Shown piece by piece: positions 9,255 through 18,580 of a DNA stretch of 64,000 nt (the stretch's first letter is position 1; each line of letters opens with the position of its first letter). The notes beneath the pieces were generated by a model. That model ran no database searches. It saw only the letters and a list, made by a program, of their open reading frames with translations, and was not told the DNA's origin. The translations under genes were made by a program, and so were the position numbers. This DNA comes from an uncultured bacterium. Lineage in GTDB: Bacteria; Cyanobacteriota; Vampirovibrionia; Gastranaerophilales; Gastranaerophilaceae. Where the stretch lies: NCBI GenBank assembly GCA_900549855.1, contig URPS01000003.1:4658-68657 (forward strand). Direction: 5' to 3'.

Positions 9255-10338
9255 AGGACAACTTAGACGTATTCCTAATATAGAAAATAAAACAGACGGT
9301 AAAATAGTTATAGATGGAGTGGAATACATAAATTTTGCTTCTAATGACTACTTAGGAATAAGTACAAAACGTGATTTAGAAAAAGAATTTTTAGAGAACA
9401 CGACAAGTTTGCTGTCATCGGCTTCGGCACGTTTACTTAGTGGAAGTTCTATTGAATATAAAGAATTAGAAAAAACAGTTGCGAGTATTTTTAATAAAGA
9501 CGCTGCACTAATCTTTAATACGGGGTATCAATGTAATTTAGGGGTAATCTCAGCTTTAATAAGAAAAGGCGATGTTGTTTTTTCTGATAAACTTAACCAT
9601 GCAAGTATTATTGATGGAATGCAACTTTCACAGGGTGAATTCTTTAGATACAAGCATTTTGATTACGATAATCTGGAAAAACTTTTACAAACAAAACGTG
9701 ATAAATACAAACGTGCAATAATCGTTTCTGAATCGGTTTTTAGTATGGATGGCGATGTTGCAGATATTGATAGGTTGATAGAATTAAAAAATAAATACAA
9801 CTGTTTATTAATGATTGATGAAGCACATGCATTTTGTTGTTATGGAAAAACTCTGGCGGGAGCTTCTTACAATAAAGATGTCGACATTATAACAGCAACT
9901 TTTGGGAAGGCTGTAGGCTCTTTTGGAGCTTTTTGTGTATCATCAAATGATATTATTACGTATTTAATTAATAAAGCACGTTCGTTTATATTCTCGACCT
10001 CTATTCCACCGCTTAATATAGCTTGGTCTAATTGGTTACTTACAGAAAAACGTGATTATTTAATTAATCAAAAAGAAAAGTTAGAAAACCTTACTCATGA
10101 TGTGCATTTATTATTGAAAAAACGTGGAATAGAAACAGTTTCAGACTCTCATATCATTCCGATTATTATTGGTTCAAATGAAGATACTCTTAAAGTCTCA
10201 GAAAAACTTAAATCTTTAGGGTATTATATACCTGCAATTCGCCCTCCAACCGTTCCGGAAGGAACTTCAAGATTAAGAATTTCCTTGACTTCTGATTGTC
10301 ATTTGAACGATTTTGAAAGAGTTTTAGATAATATATAG
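9220..10338 (+). CDS. bioF: Class-II PLP aminotransferase of the 8-amino-7-oxononanoate synthase / 2-amino-3-ketobutyrate CoA ligase family.
   Basis: N-terminus 'ELEALKNKGQLRRI' and 'INFASNDYLG' are typical of BioF/KBL. Size 372 aa. Confidence 0.65.
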   Translation: MIKTELEALKNKGQLRRIPNIENKTDGKIVIDGVEYINFASNDYLGISTKRDLEKEFLENTTSLLSSASARLLSGSSIEYKELEKTVASIFNKDAALIFNTGYQCNLGVISALIRKGDVVFSDKLNHASIIDGMQLSQGEFFRYKHFDYDNLEKLLQTKRDKYKRAIIVSESVFSMDGDVADIDRLIELKNKYNCLLMIDEAHAFCCYGKTLAGASYNKDVDIITATFGKAVGSFGAFCVSSNDIITYLINKARSFIFSTSIPPLNIAWSNWLLTEKRDYLINQKEKLENLTHDVHLLLKKRGIETVSDSHIIPIIIGSNEDTLKVSEKLKSLGYYIPAIRPPTVPEGTSRLRISLTSDCHLNDFERVLDNI

Positions 10339-10351
10339 GTTTATTATATTT

Positions 10352-10546
10352 ATGAAAAAATCATCTAAAGAATTAATTATTTATACAATTTTAGGAATTA
10401 TTGCTTCAATTGTTCTTTACCATCTCGCAGGGCAGCCATATACAATGGCAACAACTAGAATAAATGGATTAGCTACTGCCGGCATATTTATTTGTCCATT
10501 TATAGGCTTAATTTACTGGATTTTTTCTCGCCAATTAGATGAATAG
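10352..10546 (+). CDS. Small two-TM membrane protein.
   Basis: Hydrophobic ORF only. Confidence 0.3.
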   Translation: MKKSSKELIIYTILGIIASIVLYHLAGQPYTMATTRINGLATAGIFICPFIGLIYWIFSRQLDE

Positions 10547-10583
10547 TTATTGTCGTTGTAGGTTAGGCAATGTCTGACAGAAA

Positions 10584-11702
10584 CTACTTACACGAACAAA
10601 AAAGCTCTTTTGTTTTTAATCTAATTTCTTTATCAACTTCAAAAATCTCGTCTAATGTAGGATTTTGGATAACTTTATGTGTATCCATCATTTTTTCTAC
10701 TGCTGTAATTATGTCATTCAATTTAATTTTGCCATCCAAAAACTCAAAAACAGCTTCTTCATTAGCCGCATTAAGGCAAGCTGTAGCAGTACCCCCCACT
10801 TTTCCTGCATTATAAGCCAAATTTAATGCTCTAAATTTTTCATAATCCGGTTTCTCAAAATCAAGCCTTGCAATTTCAGAAAAACTAAAACTTTTAGACT
10901 TAATTCCCTCAAAACGTTCCGGATAAGTTATAGCATATTGAATAGGAATATGCATACTAGGCAACCCTAATTGTGCAATTACACTTCCGTCAACGTACTC
11001 AATTGCAGAATGTACAATACTTTGAGGATGCACAACAACTTCAATATCCTCGTAATCCATACTAAATAAATGGTGTGCCTCAATGACTTCCAAACCTTTA
11101 TTCATCAAGGTTGCACTATCGACTGTAATTTTTTTCCCCATATTCCAACGAGGATGTGCCAGTGCTTGTGCAACAGTAGCGTTTGCCATATCTTCTGTTG
11201 TTTTTCTTAAAAATGGCCCGCCTGAAGCTGTGATAATTAATTTTGAAACATCTGCAATGTTTTTTATACATTGATGAATTGCACAATGTTCACTATCAAC
11301 AGGAATAATTTTAACTCCGTATTTTTTAGCCAAAGGCATCACAATATCACCTGCCATAACAAGTGTTTCTTTGTTCGCTAAAGCAATATCAATACCGTTT
11401 TTAATAGCAGTAATAGTAGGTCTTAAGCCTATTTTACCGGATACAGCTACCAAAATTATATCATTTTCTTTATTAGAGCAAATTTCTTCCATGCTAAGTG
11501 GTTCTGCACCCTCAATTGAAGAAATATCAGAAGCATAAGCATATTTAGGTTTGAATTTCTTAATTTGCTCGTTTAATAAATCAATGTTCCCACCGGCTGC
11601 TAAAGCTATAATTTCAAACTTATCACCAAGTTTTTCGATAACTTCTAAGGCTTGTCTGCCGATTGAACCTGTTGAACCTAATATACTTATTTTTCTTTTC
11701 AT
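10584..11702 (-). CDS. dxr: 1-deoxy-D-xylulose 5-phosphate reductoisomerase.
   Basis: 'KISILGSTGSIGRQALEVI' NADPH-binding N-terminus, 'LANKETLV', and the family's overall collinearity. Confidence 0.9.
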   Translation of the reverse strand: MKRKISILGSTGSIGRQALEVIEKLGDKFEIIALAAGGNIDLLNEQIKKFKPKYAYASDISSIEGAEPLSMEEICSNKENDIILVAVSGKIGLRPTITAIKNGIDIALANKETLVMAGDIVMPLAKKYGVKIIPVDSEHCAIHQCIKNIADVSKLIITASGGPFLRKTTEDMANATVAQALAHPRWNMGKKITVDSATLMNKGLEVIEAHHLFSMDYEDIEVVVHPQSIVHSAIEYVDGSVIAQLGLPSMHIPIQYAITYPERFEGIKSKSFSFSEIARLDFEKPDYEKFRALNLAYNAGKVGGTATACLNAANEEAVFEFLDGKIKLNDIITAVEKMMDTHKVIQNPTLDEIFEVDKEIRLKTKELFCSCK

Positions 11703-11707
11703 ATTAC

Positions 11708-12574
11708 CTACCTTAATTCTCTCACATAAGAAAAATATTCATTATTTTTGTATTTTTCAGAATTTTTTATTATCTCATCTTTAGTAAGATATCCCATTCT
11801 CCAAGCAATTTCTTCTAAACAAGCAATTTTAATTCCTTGATTTTCTTCAATTGTTTGAATATACTGTCCGGCTTGCATTAAAGAACGATGTGTTCCGGTA
11901 TCTAGCCAAGCAAAACCACGTCCGAATAATTCGACATTTAATTTTGATTTTTCCAGATAAATTCTATTCAAATCAGTTATTTCTAACTCTCCACGAGCAG
12001 ATGGTTTTAGATTTTTTGCATAATTAACAACTTTATTATCATAAAAATATAAACCTGTTACAGCATAATTTGATTTTGGTTTTTGCGGTTTTTCTTCTAT
12101 AGATAAAGCTTTTCCTTTATCATCGAATTCTACAACACCAAATCTTTCCGGATCTTTTACCATATATCCAAAAACTGTTGCGAACCCTTCATCTGCTGAT
12201 TTTACCGCCTTATGTAGCATTTGGGAGAAACTTTGGCCATAAAATATATTATCACCCAAAACAAGTGCAACAGAATCCTGCCCAATAAATTCTTCACCTA
12301 ATATAAAAGCTTGTGCAAGCCCATCCGGACTAGGTTGAACTTTGTACGAGAACTTTACTCCAAATTGTGAGCCATCACCCAATAATTTTTCAAAATTTTG
12401 TAAATCATGCGGAGTTGATATAATTAAAATTTCTCTAATCCCTGCAAGCATTAATACAGAAATCGGATAATAAATCATCGGTTTATCATAAACCGGTAAT
12501 AATTGTTTAGACACAACCATTGTGCTAGGAAACAATCGTGTACCGCTTCCGCCTGCAAGAACTATACCTTTCAT
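11708..12574 (-). CDS. rfbA: Glucose-1-phosphate thymidylyltransferase.
   Basis: '[16 protein letters not shown]' and 288 aa. Confidence 0.9.
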   Translation of the reverse strand: MKGIVLAGGSGTRLFPSTMVVSKQLLPVYDKPMIYYPISVLMLAGIREILIISTPHDLQNFEKLLGDGSQFGVKFSYKVQPSPDGLAQAFILGEEFIGQDSVALVLGDNIFYGQSFSQMLHKAVKSADEGFATVFGYMVKDPERFGVVEFDDKGKALSIEEKPQKPKSNYAVTGLYFYDNKVVNYAKNLKPSARGELEITDLNRIYLEKSKLNVELFGRGFAWLDTGTHRSLMQAGQYIQTIEENQGIKIACLEEIAWRMGYLTKDEIIKNSEKYKNNEYFSYVRELR

Positions 12575-13449
12575 TATTCACACCTCAAATCTAAATAATC
12601 TTTTAACGCAAACTGCCAATTGCGACAGATACCTTCATTCTCCATTATACTGAATGCTGGACGTTTAGCTGCACGAGGAAATTCGTCTGTTGTACATGGT
12701 TTTAAATTAACTTCTAAACCAGAAAGTTTAAATATTTCTTTAGCGAAACCATACCAACTTGTATGCCCACTTCCACAAACATGATAAGTACCATAAGGTT
12801 TTGAATCTAAAAGTTTCAAAATTCCGTTAGCTAATTCAACTGTCCAAGTAGGACATCCGATTTGATCGTCTACAACTTTAAGTTCTTCTTTATCTTTTAG
12901 TGATAACATTGTTTCTACAAAGTTTTTGCCATGATGTCCATATAACCAGCTGGTTCTTGCTATATAATGCTTTTCGCAAAAACTTCTTACAGCTTCTTCA
13001 CCTTCATACTTTGTCATACCATAATTATTAATCGGATTTGGCTTGTCTTGTGGAGTATAAGGAGAATCCTTTGTTCCATCAAAAACGTAGTCAGTCGAAA
13101 TATAAACCATAGTTATACCGAGTTTTCCACAAGCATCAGCAATATTTTCGGTACCTGTTACATTGATTAATTCAGCGGTCTTTAAATCCTCTTCTGCTTT
13201 ATCAACATTTGTATAAGCGGCACAATGTATAACAACTTCCGGCATTTTATCTTTTAAAACTTGATTTACTTGTTCTGCGTTTGTAATATCAAGTGTATCA
13301 ACGTCTGTTTCAATGACTTCATAACCGGCATCTTCTAATATTGGACATAAGTCTTGTCCAAGCATTCCCTTCGCACCGGTAACGAGTAGAGGCATAGATG
13401 CATTGAGGCTTTGATGCTTAGCAGATTCATTTATATTATCTCTATTCAT
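12574..13449 (-). CDS. rfbD: dTDP-4-dehydrorhamnose reductase.
   Basis: '[14 protein letters not shown]', the family's length, and operon context. Confidence 0.85.
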   Translation of the reverse strand: MNRDNINESAKHQSLNASMPLLVTGAKGMLGQDLCPILEDAGYEVIETDVDTLDITNAEQVNQVLKDKMPEVVIHCAAYTNVDKAEEDLKTAELINVTGTENIADACGKLGITMVYISTDYVFDGTKDSPYTPQDKPNPINNYGMTKYEGEEAVRSFCEKHYIARTSWLYGHHGKNFVETMLSLKDKEELKVVDDQIGCPTWTVELANGILKLLDSKPYGTYHVCGSGHTSWYGFAKEIFKLSGLEVNLKPCTTDEFPRAAKRPAFSIMENEGICRNWQFALKDYLDLRCE

Positions 13450-13457
13450 TTTATCAT

Positions 13458-13802
13458 TTATCCTTTTATTAATTTAGAGCGTAAAGAATTTAGCATTTTC
13501 TTTAGATTTGTAATTCTTTCATCAATTTGATCAACTTGTTTAATATACCCCAATCTTTTGGCTAATTCAATTACAACTTCGACTTCTGTTAAAGAGCCAA
13601 TAGCAATATTTACAAAATGACCAAAGTCTTTTACAGATGCTCTTGCTTTCCCTTCTGCTATATTTAATGGCACAGAAACAATTGCTCTTTTAATTTGAGA
13701 TTTTAAATTATACTCCTCACTTTTAGGAAATTTTTCTGCAAGGTCATAAATTTCAAGAACTAAATCCATAGACATTTGCCAAACTTTTAAATCTTTATAC
13801 AT
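13458..13802 (-). CDS. Four-helix-bundle protein (23S rRNA intervening-sequence protein family, TIGR02436-like), inserted inside the rfb operon.
   Basis: 'YKDLKVWQMSMDLVLEIYDLAEKFPKSEEYNLKSQIKRAIVSVPLNIAEGKAR' matches the family signature (L.VWQ...L...IY......FP..E...L..Q.RRAA.SI..NIAEG). Confidence 0.8.
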   Translation of the reverse strand: MYKDLKVWQMSMDLVLEIYDLAEKFPKSEEYNLKSQIKRAIVSVPLNIAEGKARASVKDFGHFVNIAIGSLTEVEVVIELAKRLGYIKQVDQIDERITNLKKMLNSLRSKLIKG

Positions 13803-13811
13803 GCAATGCCT

Positions 13812-14789
13812 CTAAGCCTCTACGCATCTATTCCTCAAATGTTCTATCCATTCTTGATTATTCAAGTACCAATCAATTGTCATTTTGATACCTTGTTCGA
13901 ATGTTACAGAAGGTTCCCAGCCAAGTTCTGATGTAATCTTATCATTAGAGATAGCATATCTTCTATCATGTCCAAGTCTATCTTGCACATATTCAATAGA
14001 ACTTTCATCTTTTCCCATTGCATCTAAGATTAAGCGAGTAATTTCCATGTTAGTTTTTTCATTATGACCACCAACATTATAAACTTCACCAATTTTACCT
14101 TTATGTAACACTGTATCTATAGCAGCACAATGGTCATAAACGTATAACCAATCACGAACATTCAAGCCATCACCGTAAACAGGTACTTTTTCACCATTTA
14201 ATAATCTGGAAATAAAGAATGGTATCAATTTTTCAGGATATTGATAAGGTCCGTAATTATTAGAACATCTGGTTGTTAAGACTGGTAATTTATATGTTTC
14301 ATAAAAAGCTCTAACCAACATATCTGCACTTGCTTTGCTTGCTGAATAAGGACTATTCGGAGCAAGCGGAGTTGTTTCATAAAAATATCCTGTTTTACCT
14401 AATGTTCCGTAAACTTCGTCTGTAGAAACTTGTAAATAACGTTCTATGCCGATTTCTTTTGCTGATTGTAACAAATTCAACGTACCTTGAACATTTGTTT
14501 CTATAAACACTTCCGGATGTTTAATAGAATTGTCAACGTGTGATTCTGCTGCAAAGTTAACTATACAATCAACTTCTGATACAAGTTCTCTCACAAGTTT
14601 TCTGTCACAAATATTACCATGTACAAATCTATAGTTTGGATTGTTTTCAACATCTTTAAGGTTTTCTAAATTCCCGCAATATGTCAATGCGTCAATATTT
14701 ATTACCTGATAATCCGGATATTTATTTAATATGTGTCTTACAAAACAGCTTCCTATAAAACCTGCGCCACCGGTTACTAATAATTTCAT
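13812..14789 (-). CDS. rfbB: dTDP-glucose 4,6-dehydratase.
   Basis: 'MKLLVTGGAGFIGS' and the 'YSASKA' catalytic motif. Confidence 0.9.
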   Translation of the reverse strand: MKLLVTGGAGFIGSCFVRHILNKYPDYQVINIDALTYCGNLENLKDVENNPNYRFVHGNICDRKLVRELVSEVDCIVNFAAESHVDNSIKHPEVFIETNVQGTLNLLQSAKEIGIERYLQVSTDEVYGTLGKTGYFYETTPLAPNSPYSASKASADMLVRAFYETYKLPVLTTRCSNNYGPYQYPEKLIPFFISRLLNGEKVPVYGDGLNVRDWLYVYDHCAAIDTVLHKGKIGEVYNVGGHNEKTNMEITRLILDAMGKDESSIEYVQDRLGHDRRYAISNDKITSELGWEPSVTFEQGIKMTIDWYLNNQEWIEHLRNRCVEA

Positions 14790-15335
14790 CTATATCTCCT
14801 TTAAAGTAGGTTGTTTCATATCTTTTTCAGAAAGTATTGGTTCAAAATCTATTTCCCAATCTATATTAATATCTTTATCACACCACAAAACGCCTCTATC
14901 TGCTTGTGGAGCATATTCTCCTGATGCTTTGTAAATAAGTTCAGCCTCATCTGAAAGCACTACAAAACCATGTGCAAAACCTTCGGGAATAAATAACATG
15001 TGCTTATTATCTTCAGTTAACTCTACTTTTACATATTGTCCGAAAGTTTTTGAACCTTTTCTGATATCTACCGCTACATCATAAATGCGACCTCTGGCGC
15101 AACGCACAAGCTTTGCTTGCCCAAAAGGTGCTTCTTGATAATGCAGACCTCTCAAAACACCTTTTCTAGAACGAGAATGGTTATCTTGATTAAATTCTAC
15201 AGTTATCCCATTCGCAAAAAAATCTGATTTTTTATATGTTTCCATAAAAAAACCACGATTATCACCAAAAACTTTTGGTTTTACTAGTATTACATCCTCA
15301 ATTTTTTGTTTTTCAAATTCAAACGGCATATTCAT
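14790..15335 (-). CDS. rfbC: dTDP-4-dehydrorhamnose 3,5-epimerase.
   Basis: 'FGDNRGFFMETY' and 181 aa. Confidence 0.9.
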   Translation of the reverse strand: MNMPFEFEKQKIEDVILVKPKVFGDNRGFFMETYKKSDFFANGITVEFNQDNHSRSRKGVLRGLHYQEAPFGQAKLVRCARGRIYDVAVDIRKGSKTFGQYVKVELTEDNKHMLFIPEGFAHGFVVLSDEAELIYKASGEYAPQADRGVLWCDKDINIDWEIDFEPILSEKDMKQPTLKEI

Positions 15336-15405
15336 ACACTCCTTGAAAGTATTATAACATAAAGAAAATATTAAAATGAAGATGAATAAATTTATAAAGA
15401 ATCAG

Positions 15406-15467
15406 TATCCACCCTCATCAGGGCTCCGCCCAGCTTCTCCCCTCAAGGGCGAAGCGTGAAACGCGCT
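15406..15467. repeat. Left arm of a 61-bp near-perfect inverted repeat flanking the DUF559 pseudogene.
   Basis: 'TATCCACCCTCATCAGGGCTCCGCCCAGCTTCTCCCCTCAAGGGCGAAGCGTGAAACGCGC' is the reverse complement of 15835-15895 with 2 mismatches. Confidence 0.85.
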
Positions 15468-15470
15468 ATA

Positions 15471-15812
15471 TCATTTGTTCAAATTATTCCATAAATCTAA
15501 CAAAACATTATCAATATTATTAAAAACATCTTTGTTAAAATATCTTAGAACCCTAAAACCTCTTGATTGTAAATATACTGTTCTAGTTTTGTCATATTCT
15601 AAACTTTCATCTGTTAAATGTTCTCTTCCATCTAATTCAACAATTAAATTCTTTTCATAACAAACAAAATCAACAATATAATTCCCTATTTGAACTTGGC
15701 GCCTGAATTTATAATTACTAAATCTTCTCGCTCTTATTTTGTGCCAAAATATTTATTCAGGTAATGTTTGATTTTTTCGTAAATCTTTTACAAGCTTTTT
15801 AAGATTTTTCAT
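15471..15812 (-). pseudogene. DUF559 (Vsr/restriction-endonuclease-like fold) gene interrupted by an in-frame TAA after codon 19.
   Basis: Minus-strand translation 'MKNLKKLVKDLRKNQTLPE*IFWHKIRARRFSNYKFRRQVQIGNYIVDFVCYEKNLIVELDGREHL...RGFRVLRYFNKDVFNNIDNVL', which I translated by hand. It matches the DUF559 pattern (RKN.T.AE..LW..LR....KFRRQ..IG.YIVDF.C....L.IE.DG..H......D..R...L...G..VLRF.N..V). Confidence 0.7.
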
Positions 15813-15834
15813 AGTCCTAGTATAACATGAGTTA

Positions 15835-15895
15835 GCGCATTTCATGCTTCGCCCTTGAGGGGAGAAGCTGGGCGGAGCCCTGATGAGGGTGGATA
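15835..15895. repeat. Right arm of the 61-bp inverted repeat flanking the DUF559 pseudogene.
   Basis: Reverse complement of 15406-15467. Confidence 0.85.
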
Positions 15896-15914
15896 TAGAT
15901 TAAAAAAGACAAAA

Positions 15915-16005
15915 AAAATTTGCGCTTGGTGTGATTCGGTATAAAGCACGACCTATCTCTCAAAAAGGGGACTCTCTAGCTGGTGATATATAATAATGCT
16001 TGCGC
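15915..16005 (-). pseudogene. Degraded tandem copy of tRNA-Lys (pseudo-tRNA) including the duplicated 3' flank 'AAAAAAGACAAAAAAAATTT'.
   Basis: 'AGACAAAAAAAATTTGCGCTTGGTGTGATTCGGTATAAAGCACGACCTATCTCTCAAAAAGGGGA...' aligns to the intact tRNA and flank at 16021-16106, with many substitutions and broken stems. Confidence 0.5.
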
Positions 16006-16033
16006 TGATACTCTAAAAAAAGACAAAAAAATT

Positions 16034-16106
16034 TGCGCTTGGCGCGATTCGAACGCGCGACCTATCCCTTAAAAGGGGAGTGCTCTACCTGCTGAGCTAC
16101 AAGCGC
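16034..16106 (-). tRNA. tRNA-Lys (anticodon UUU), 73 nt, no encoded CCA.
   Basis: Hand-folded cloverleaf on the minus strand. Acceptor GCGCTTG/CAAGCGC, D-arm GCTC-AGCAGGTA-GAGC, anticodon stem CTCCC/GGGAT (one non-Watson-Crick pair at 27-43), loop CTTTTAA (TTT), T-arm GCGCG-TTCGAAT-CGCGC, discriminator A. Confidence 0.85.
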
Positions 16107-16186
16107 AAATTATTTAAAATTCACTATTTATTTTTCAATTAAACCTTTATACTTCGGCTGTGGTATCAACCACAAGATTTATGATA

Positions 16187-17176
16187 TCAGGAACAAAATT
16201 TACTGTCAAGCATTTTGTTTTTATTTGATATTTCTTCAATTATTTCAGCTATTTCAGGAGATATGTCTGACGCTTCGCTTATATTATTTCTTATCATTTT
16301 TGCAAAATCAGCTTTCTTAAATTCATGCAAACCTTTAGTTTTAAAAATATATTCTAAGTTTTTAACTTCAGGAAGTGAATCATCCAAATCTGCATCACTA
16401 ATAGAAGAAAAATTTTCTAAATGGTTATTTATAGCCTTTATTATTAATGATTTCGGAAGCATGTCCTCAAATTCACCACATGCTACTAAATGTATTTTAT
16501 CAATATCACGCAAACGTGGTTGAATCTGTTTGATATTTTCTTCAGCATCTCTATCCAAAAGTAAGAAAATAGGTAGCTTTACTTCTTCAATAAGCATGTA
16601 GTACATTTTTACAACCTGATTTTTGCCGCCTGCGCCTATAACTTGAATACCTTTTTGATAAAAATCATAGCCTAAGAATTTTGAAAATGCCGGTAATAAT
16701 ATTTCTTCCGTCAGACCTTCCACAAGAATAATTTTTTCAATTGGGTATTTTAAATAATGCAGCTCACGATTAGCTACCAAATCAGATGCTTGTTCTAACG
16801 ACTTTAGCCACTGTAAATTTATTGGACTCGTAGAATCTATATATTTCAAAGCAGATTTATAATAAAGTTGATTATTCACAAGCTCCTTGGTTTCATCTTC
16901 CAAATTAAATACAGAATTTTCATAATCGTATATCTTTTTATTAATAGAAAAATCGTTTGTCACATCAAGCGAACTATTAAAAATTTCTACAGCAATATTT
17001 TTAATTTCAGAAAACGGCAAATTCAATAATTCATTTTTTTTTAATTTTGGTTCAATCATGTTATTTAGAATAATATCCGTAAACACACGTAGATATTTTT
17101 CTTTTGAATACTTAAATCTTGTCAGTCTATCCATAGATATCAAGATTTGTTCTTTTGTTAAATTTTTGAACTTCAA
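16187..17176 (-). CDS. Toprim-domain protein (OLD-family nuclease C-terminal-domain-like) with no ATPase domain; the N-terminal 140 aa are unassigned.
   Basis: 'KIILVEGLTEEILLPAF...GIQVIGAGGKNQV...PIFLLLDRDAEE' gives the Toprim acidic-E and DxD motifs in the canonical order. No AAA/ABC-type ATPase gene is adjacent. Confidence 0.5.
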   Translation of the reverse strand: MKFKNLTKEQILISMDRLTRFKYSKEKYLRVFTDIILNNMIEPKLKKNELLNLPFSEIKNIAVEIFNSSLDVTNDFSINKKIYDYENSVFNLEDETKELVNNQLYYKSALKYIDSTSPINLQWLKSLEQASDLVANRELHYLKYPIEKIILVEGLTEEILLPAFSKFLGYDFYQKGIQVIGAGGKNQVVKMYYMLIEEVKLPIFLLLDRDAEENIKQIQPRLRDIDKIHLVACGEFEDMLPKSLIIKAINNHLENFSSISDADLDDSLPEVKNLEYIFKTKGLHEFKKADFAKMIRNNISEASDISPEIAEIIEEISNKNKMLDSKFCS

Positions 17177-17269
17177 ATTTTACCTTTCATATAAATTCCG
17201 AAACATTACTTTATCTCTATTTTATTATCTATAAAAGATTATTTCAAAATAATTCTTGTAAATTTTTGT

Positions 17270-17303
17270 AAATCTTTATACGTAAAAAAACATGTAAAGA
17301 TTT
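17270..17303. promoter_or_regulatory. 9-bp perfect inverted repeat AAATCTTTA-N16-TAAAGATTT in the divergent promoter region between the Toprim gene and the Q-rich gene; candidate operator.
   Basis: Seen directly at 17270-17278 and 17295-17303. A direct repeat 'TTGTAAAT' lies beside it. Confidence 0.3.
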
Positions 17304-17392
17304 GTAACAATATCTTCAAAAATGTGAAATTCTTGATAAGAACTATACTTTATATATATAAGAGTATAAATCATACGGAGACGGTATAAAAA

Positions 17393-18181
17393 ATGGCTTT
17401 CTTGTTATTACTACATGAAAAAATGAGGTTGAAACGTCAAGTAAACAAACTGACGTTGAAACAAACTCAATACGGCAGCCGACTTGACCGTATGACTAAA
17501 AACATTGCTCGGGTACAGAAGATGTATTCAAGCAAACAATCTCAAATACAAAATCAAGCGCGTATGTTACAAAGTGCATTCACTGCACAATTACAAAATG
17601 CATGGGGATTAGGAGCACAAAATCAGATGTTCAATCCTATGTATGGTGGTGTAACTACATTTGTAGCTAATCAAATTGGTTCATTGTTATCAGGTGGAGT
17701 TCCAACCGGAGAAAAAGACAGTAATGGTAAACAAGTTACATATTCTCCAGGAGAAGCAAAATCTCAACAAATGATGAACGAGTATATGTCTGGCACTTTG
17801 AAACAGGCTACGAATGAAGATGGTACAGCTATAAAAGGCAAATATGGTGCTAACGGCGACATTGATGAAAAAGACTACAAAGCCTTCATGATGGCATTGA
17901 ATCAAGCTAACACAAATCAATCAAATGCACAAATGATGTGCCAACAGATAAGCAGTACTTACCAACAAAACATTTCAGTTTGGACAGAAGCACAAATGGC
18001 TCAGTTAAATGCGGAACAAGATGCAGCATTGGCTCCATTAGAAGCAGAACAAACAGATATGGAACTAGAAAAGGAATCTATAGAAACTCAATTAGCATAC
18101 GCAAAAGAAAGACTACAAACAATAGAACAAGCTTGCAGCGAAGGAATCAAGGATTCCGCTCCAAAATTCGGCTTAGGTTAA
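17393..18181 (+). CDS. Hypothetical Gln/Asn-rich protein with a predicted C-terminal coiled coil.
   Basis: Low-complexity Q/N/M composition. C-terminal heptad-like 'EAEQTDMELEKESIETQLAYAKERLQTIEQ'. No enzymatic motif. Confidence 0.45.
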   Translation: MAFLLLLHEKMRLKRQVNKLTLKQTQYGSRLDRMTKNIARVQKMYSSKQSQIQNQARMLQSAFTAQLQNAWGLGAQNQMFNPMYGGVTTFVANQIGSLLSGGVPTGEKDSNGKQVTYSPGEAKSQQMMNEYMSGTLKQATNEDGTAIKGKYGANGDIDEKDYKAFMMALNQANTNQSNAQMMCQQISSTYQQNISVWTEAQMAQLNAEQDAALAPLEAEQTDMELEKESIETQLAYAKERLQTIEQACSEGIKDSAPKFGLG

Positions 18182-18286
18182 TAATCATTATTATGATAAT
18201 TGATTCCGCCTGCTCCACAAGAGCAGGCGTTGCTGTATATATAACAAGTTAAAAAGTGTGATAATAACTGGTAGTGTAACTACGGG

Positions 18287-18330
18287 TTTGGCGCATCCCC
18301 TCTCCTCGGGGGAGGGCTAGGGTGGGGGCT
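18287..18330. repeat. GC-rich palindromic repeat (left arm) 'GCGCATCCCCTCTCCTCGGGGGAGGGCTAGGGTGGGGGC' flanking a DUF559 remnant.
   Basis: It is the reverse complement of 18484-18494 plus 18553-18578. The right-hand copy carries a 58-bp insertion. Confidence 0.7.
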
Positions 18331-18333
18331 TAT

Positions 18334-18453
18334 CTAATCATTACAAGCCCCAAACTCACGCAACCAAACCTTATAAACACCATCAACATTTTTATCAAAA
18401 TCACTATTCCAAAATCTTATAACTGTATACCCACGAGAGTTTAAAAAATTCTA
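18334..18453 (-). pseudogene. C-terminal remnant (about 38 codons) of a second DUF559 gene.
   Basis: Minus-strand hand translation '*NFLNSRGYTVIRFWNSDFDKNVDGVYKVWLREFGACND*'. The 'GYTVIRFWNSDFDKN' block is the conserved DUF559 C-terminal motif. Confidence 0.55.
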
Positions 18454-18469
18454 TTCGTTTTTATATTAA

Positions 18470-18580
18470 GCCCTTGCGGGATAGCCCCCACCCTTTACAC
18501 TATACTTACTAGCCAGTAGTAGACAATACAAATTTGTAAGTAAAGCATAAAACTCCCCCGAGGAGAGGGGACGTGCGCCT
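18470..18580. repeat. GC-rich palindromic repeat (right arm, interrupted) flanking the DUF559 remnant.
   Basis: 'GCCCCCACCCT' at 18484-18494 and 'CTCCCCCGAGGAGAGGGGACGTGCGC' at 18553-18578. Confidence 0.65.

Noticed and set aside
17690-18252. ORFs of 76 aa (minus) and 104 aa (plus) overlapping the Q-rich gene and its 3' region.
   Set aside because: They overlap a longer ORF and run into the GC-rich repeat. The 104-aa frame is an Arg-rich artefact of reading the Q-rich gene out of frame.
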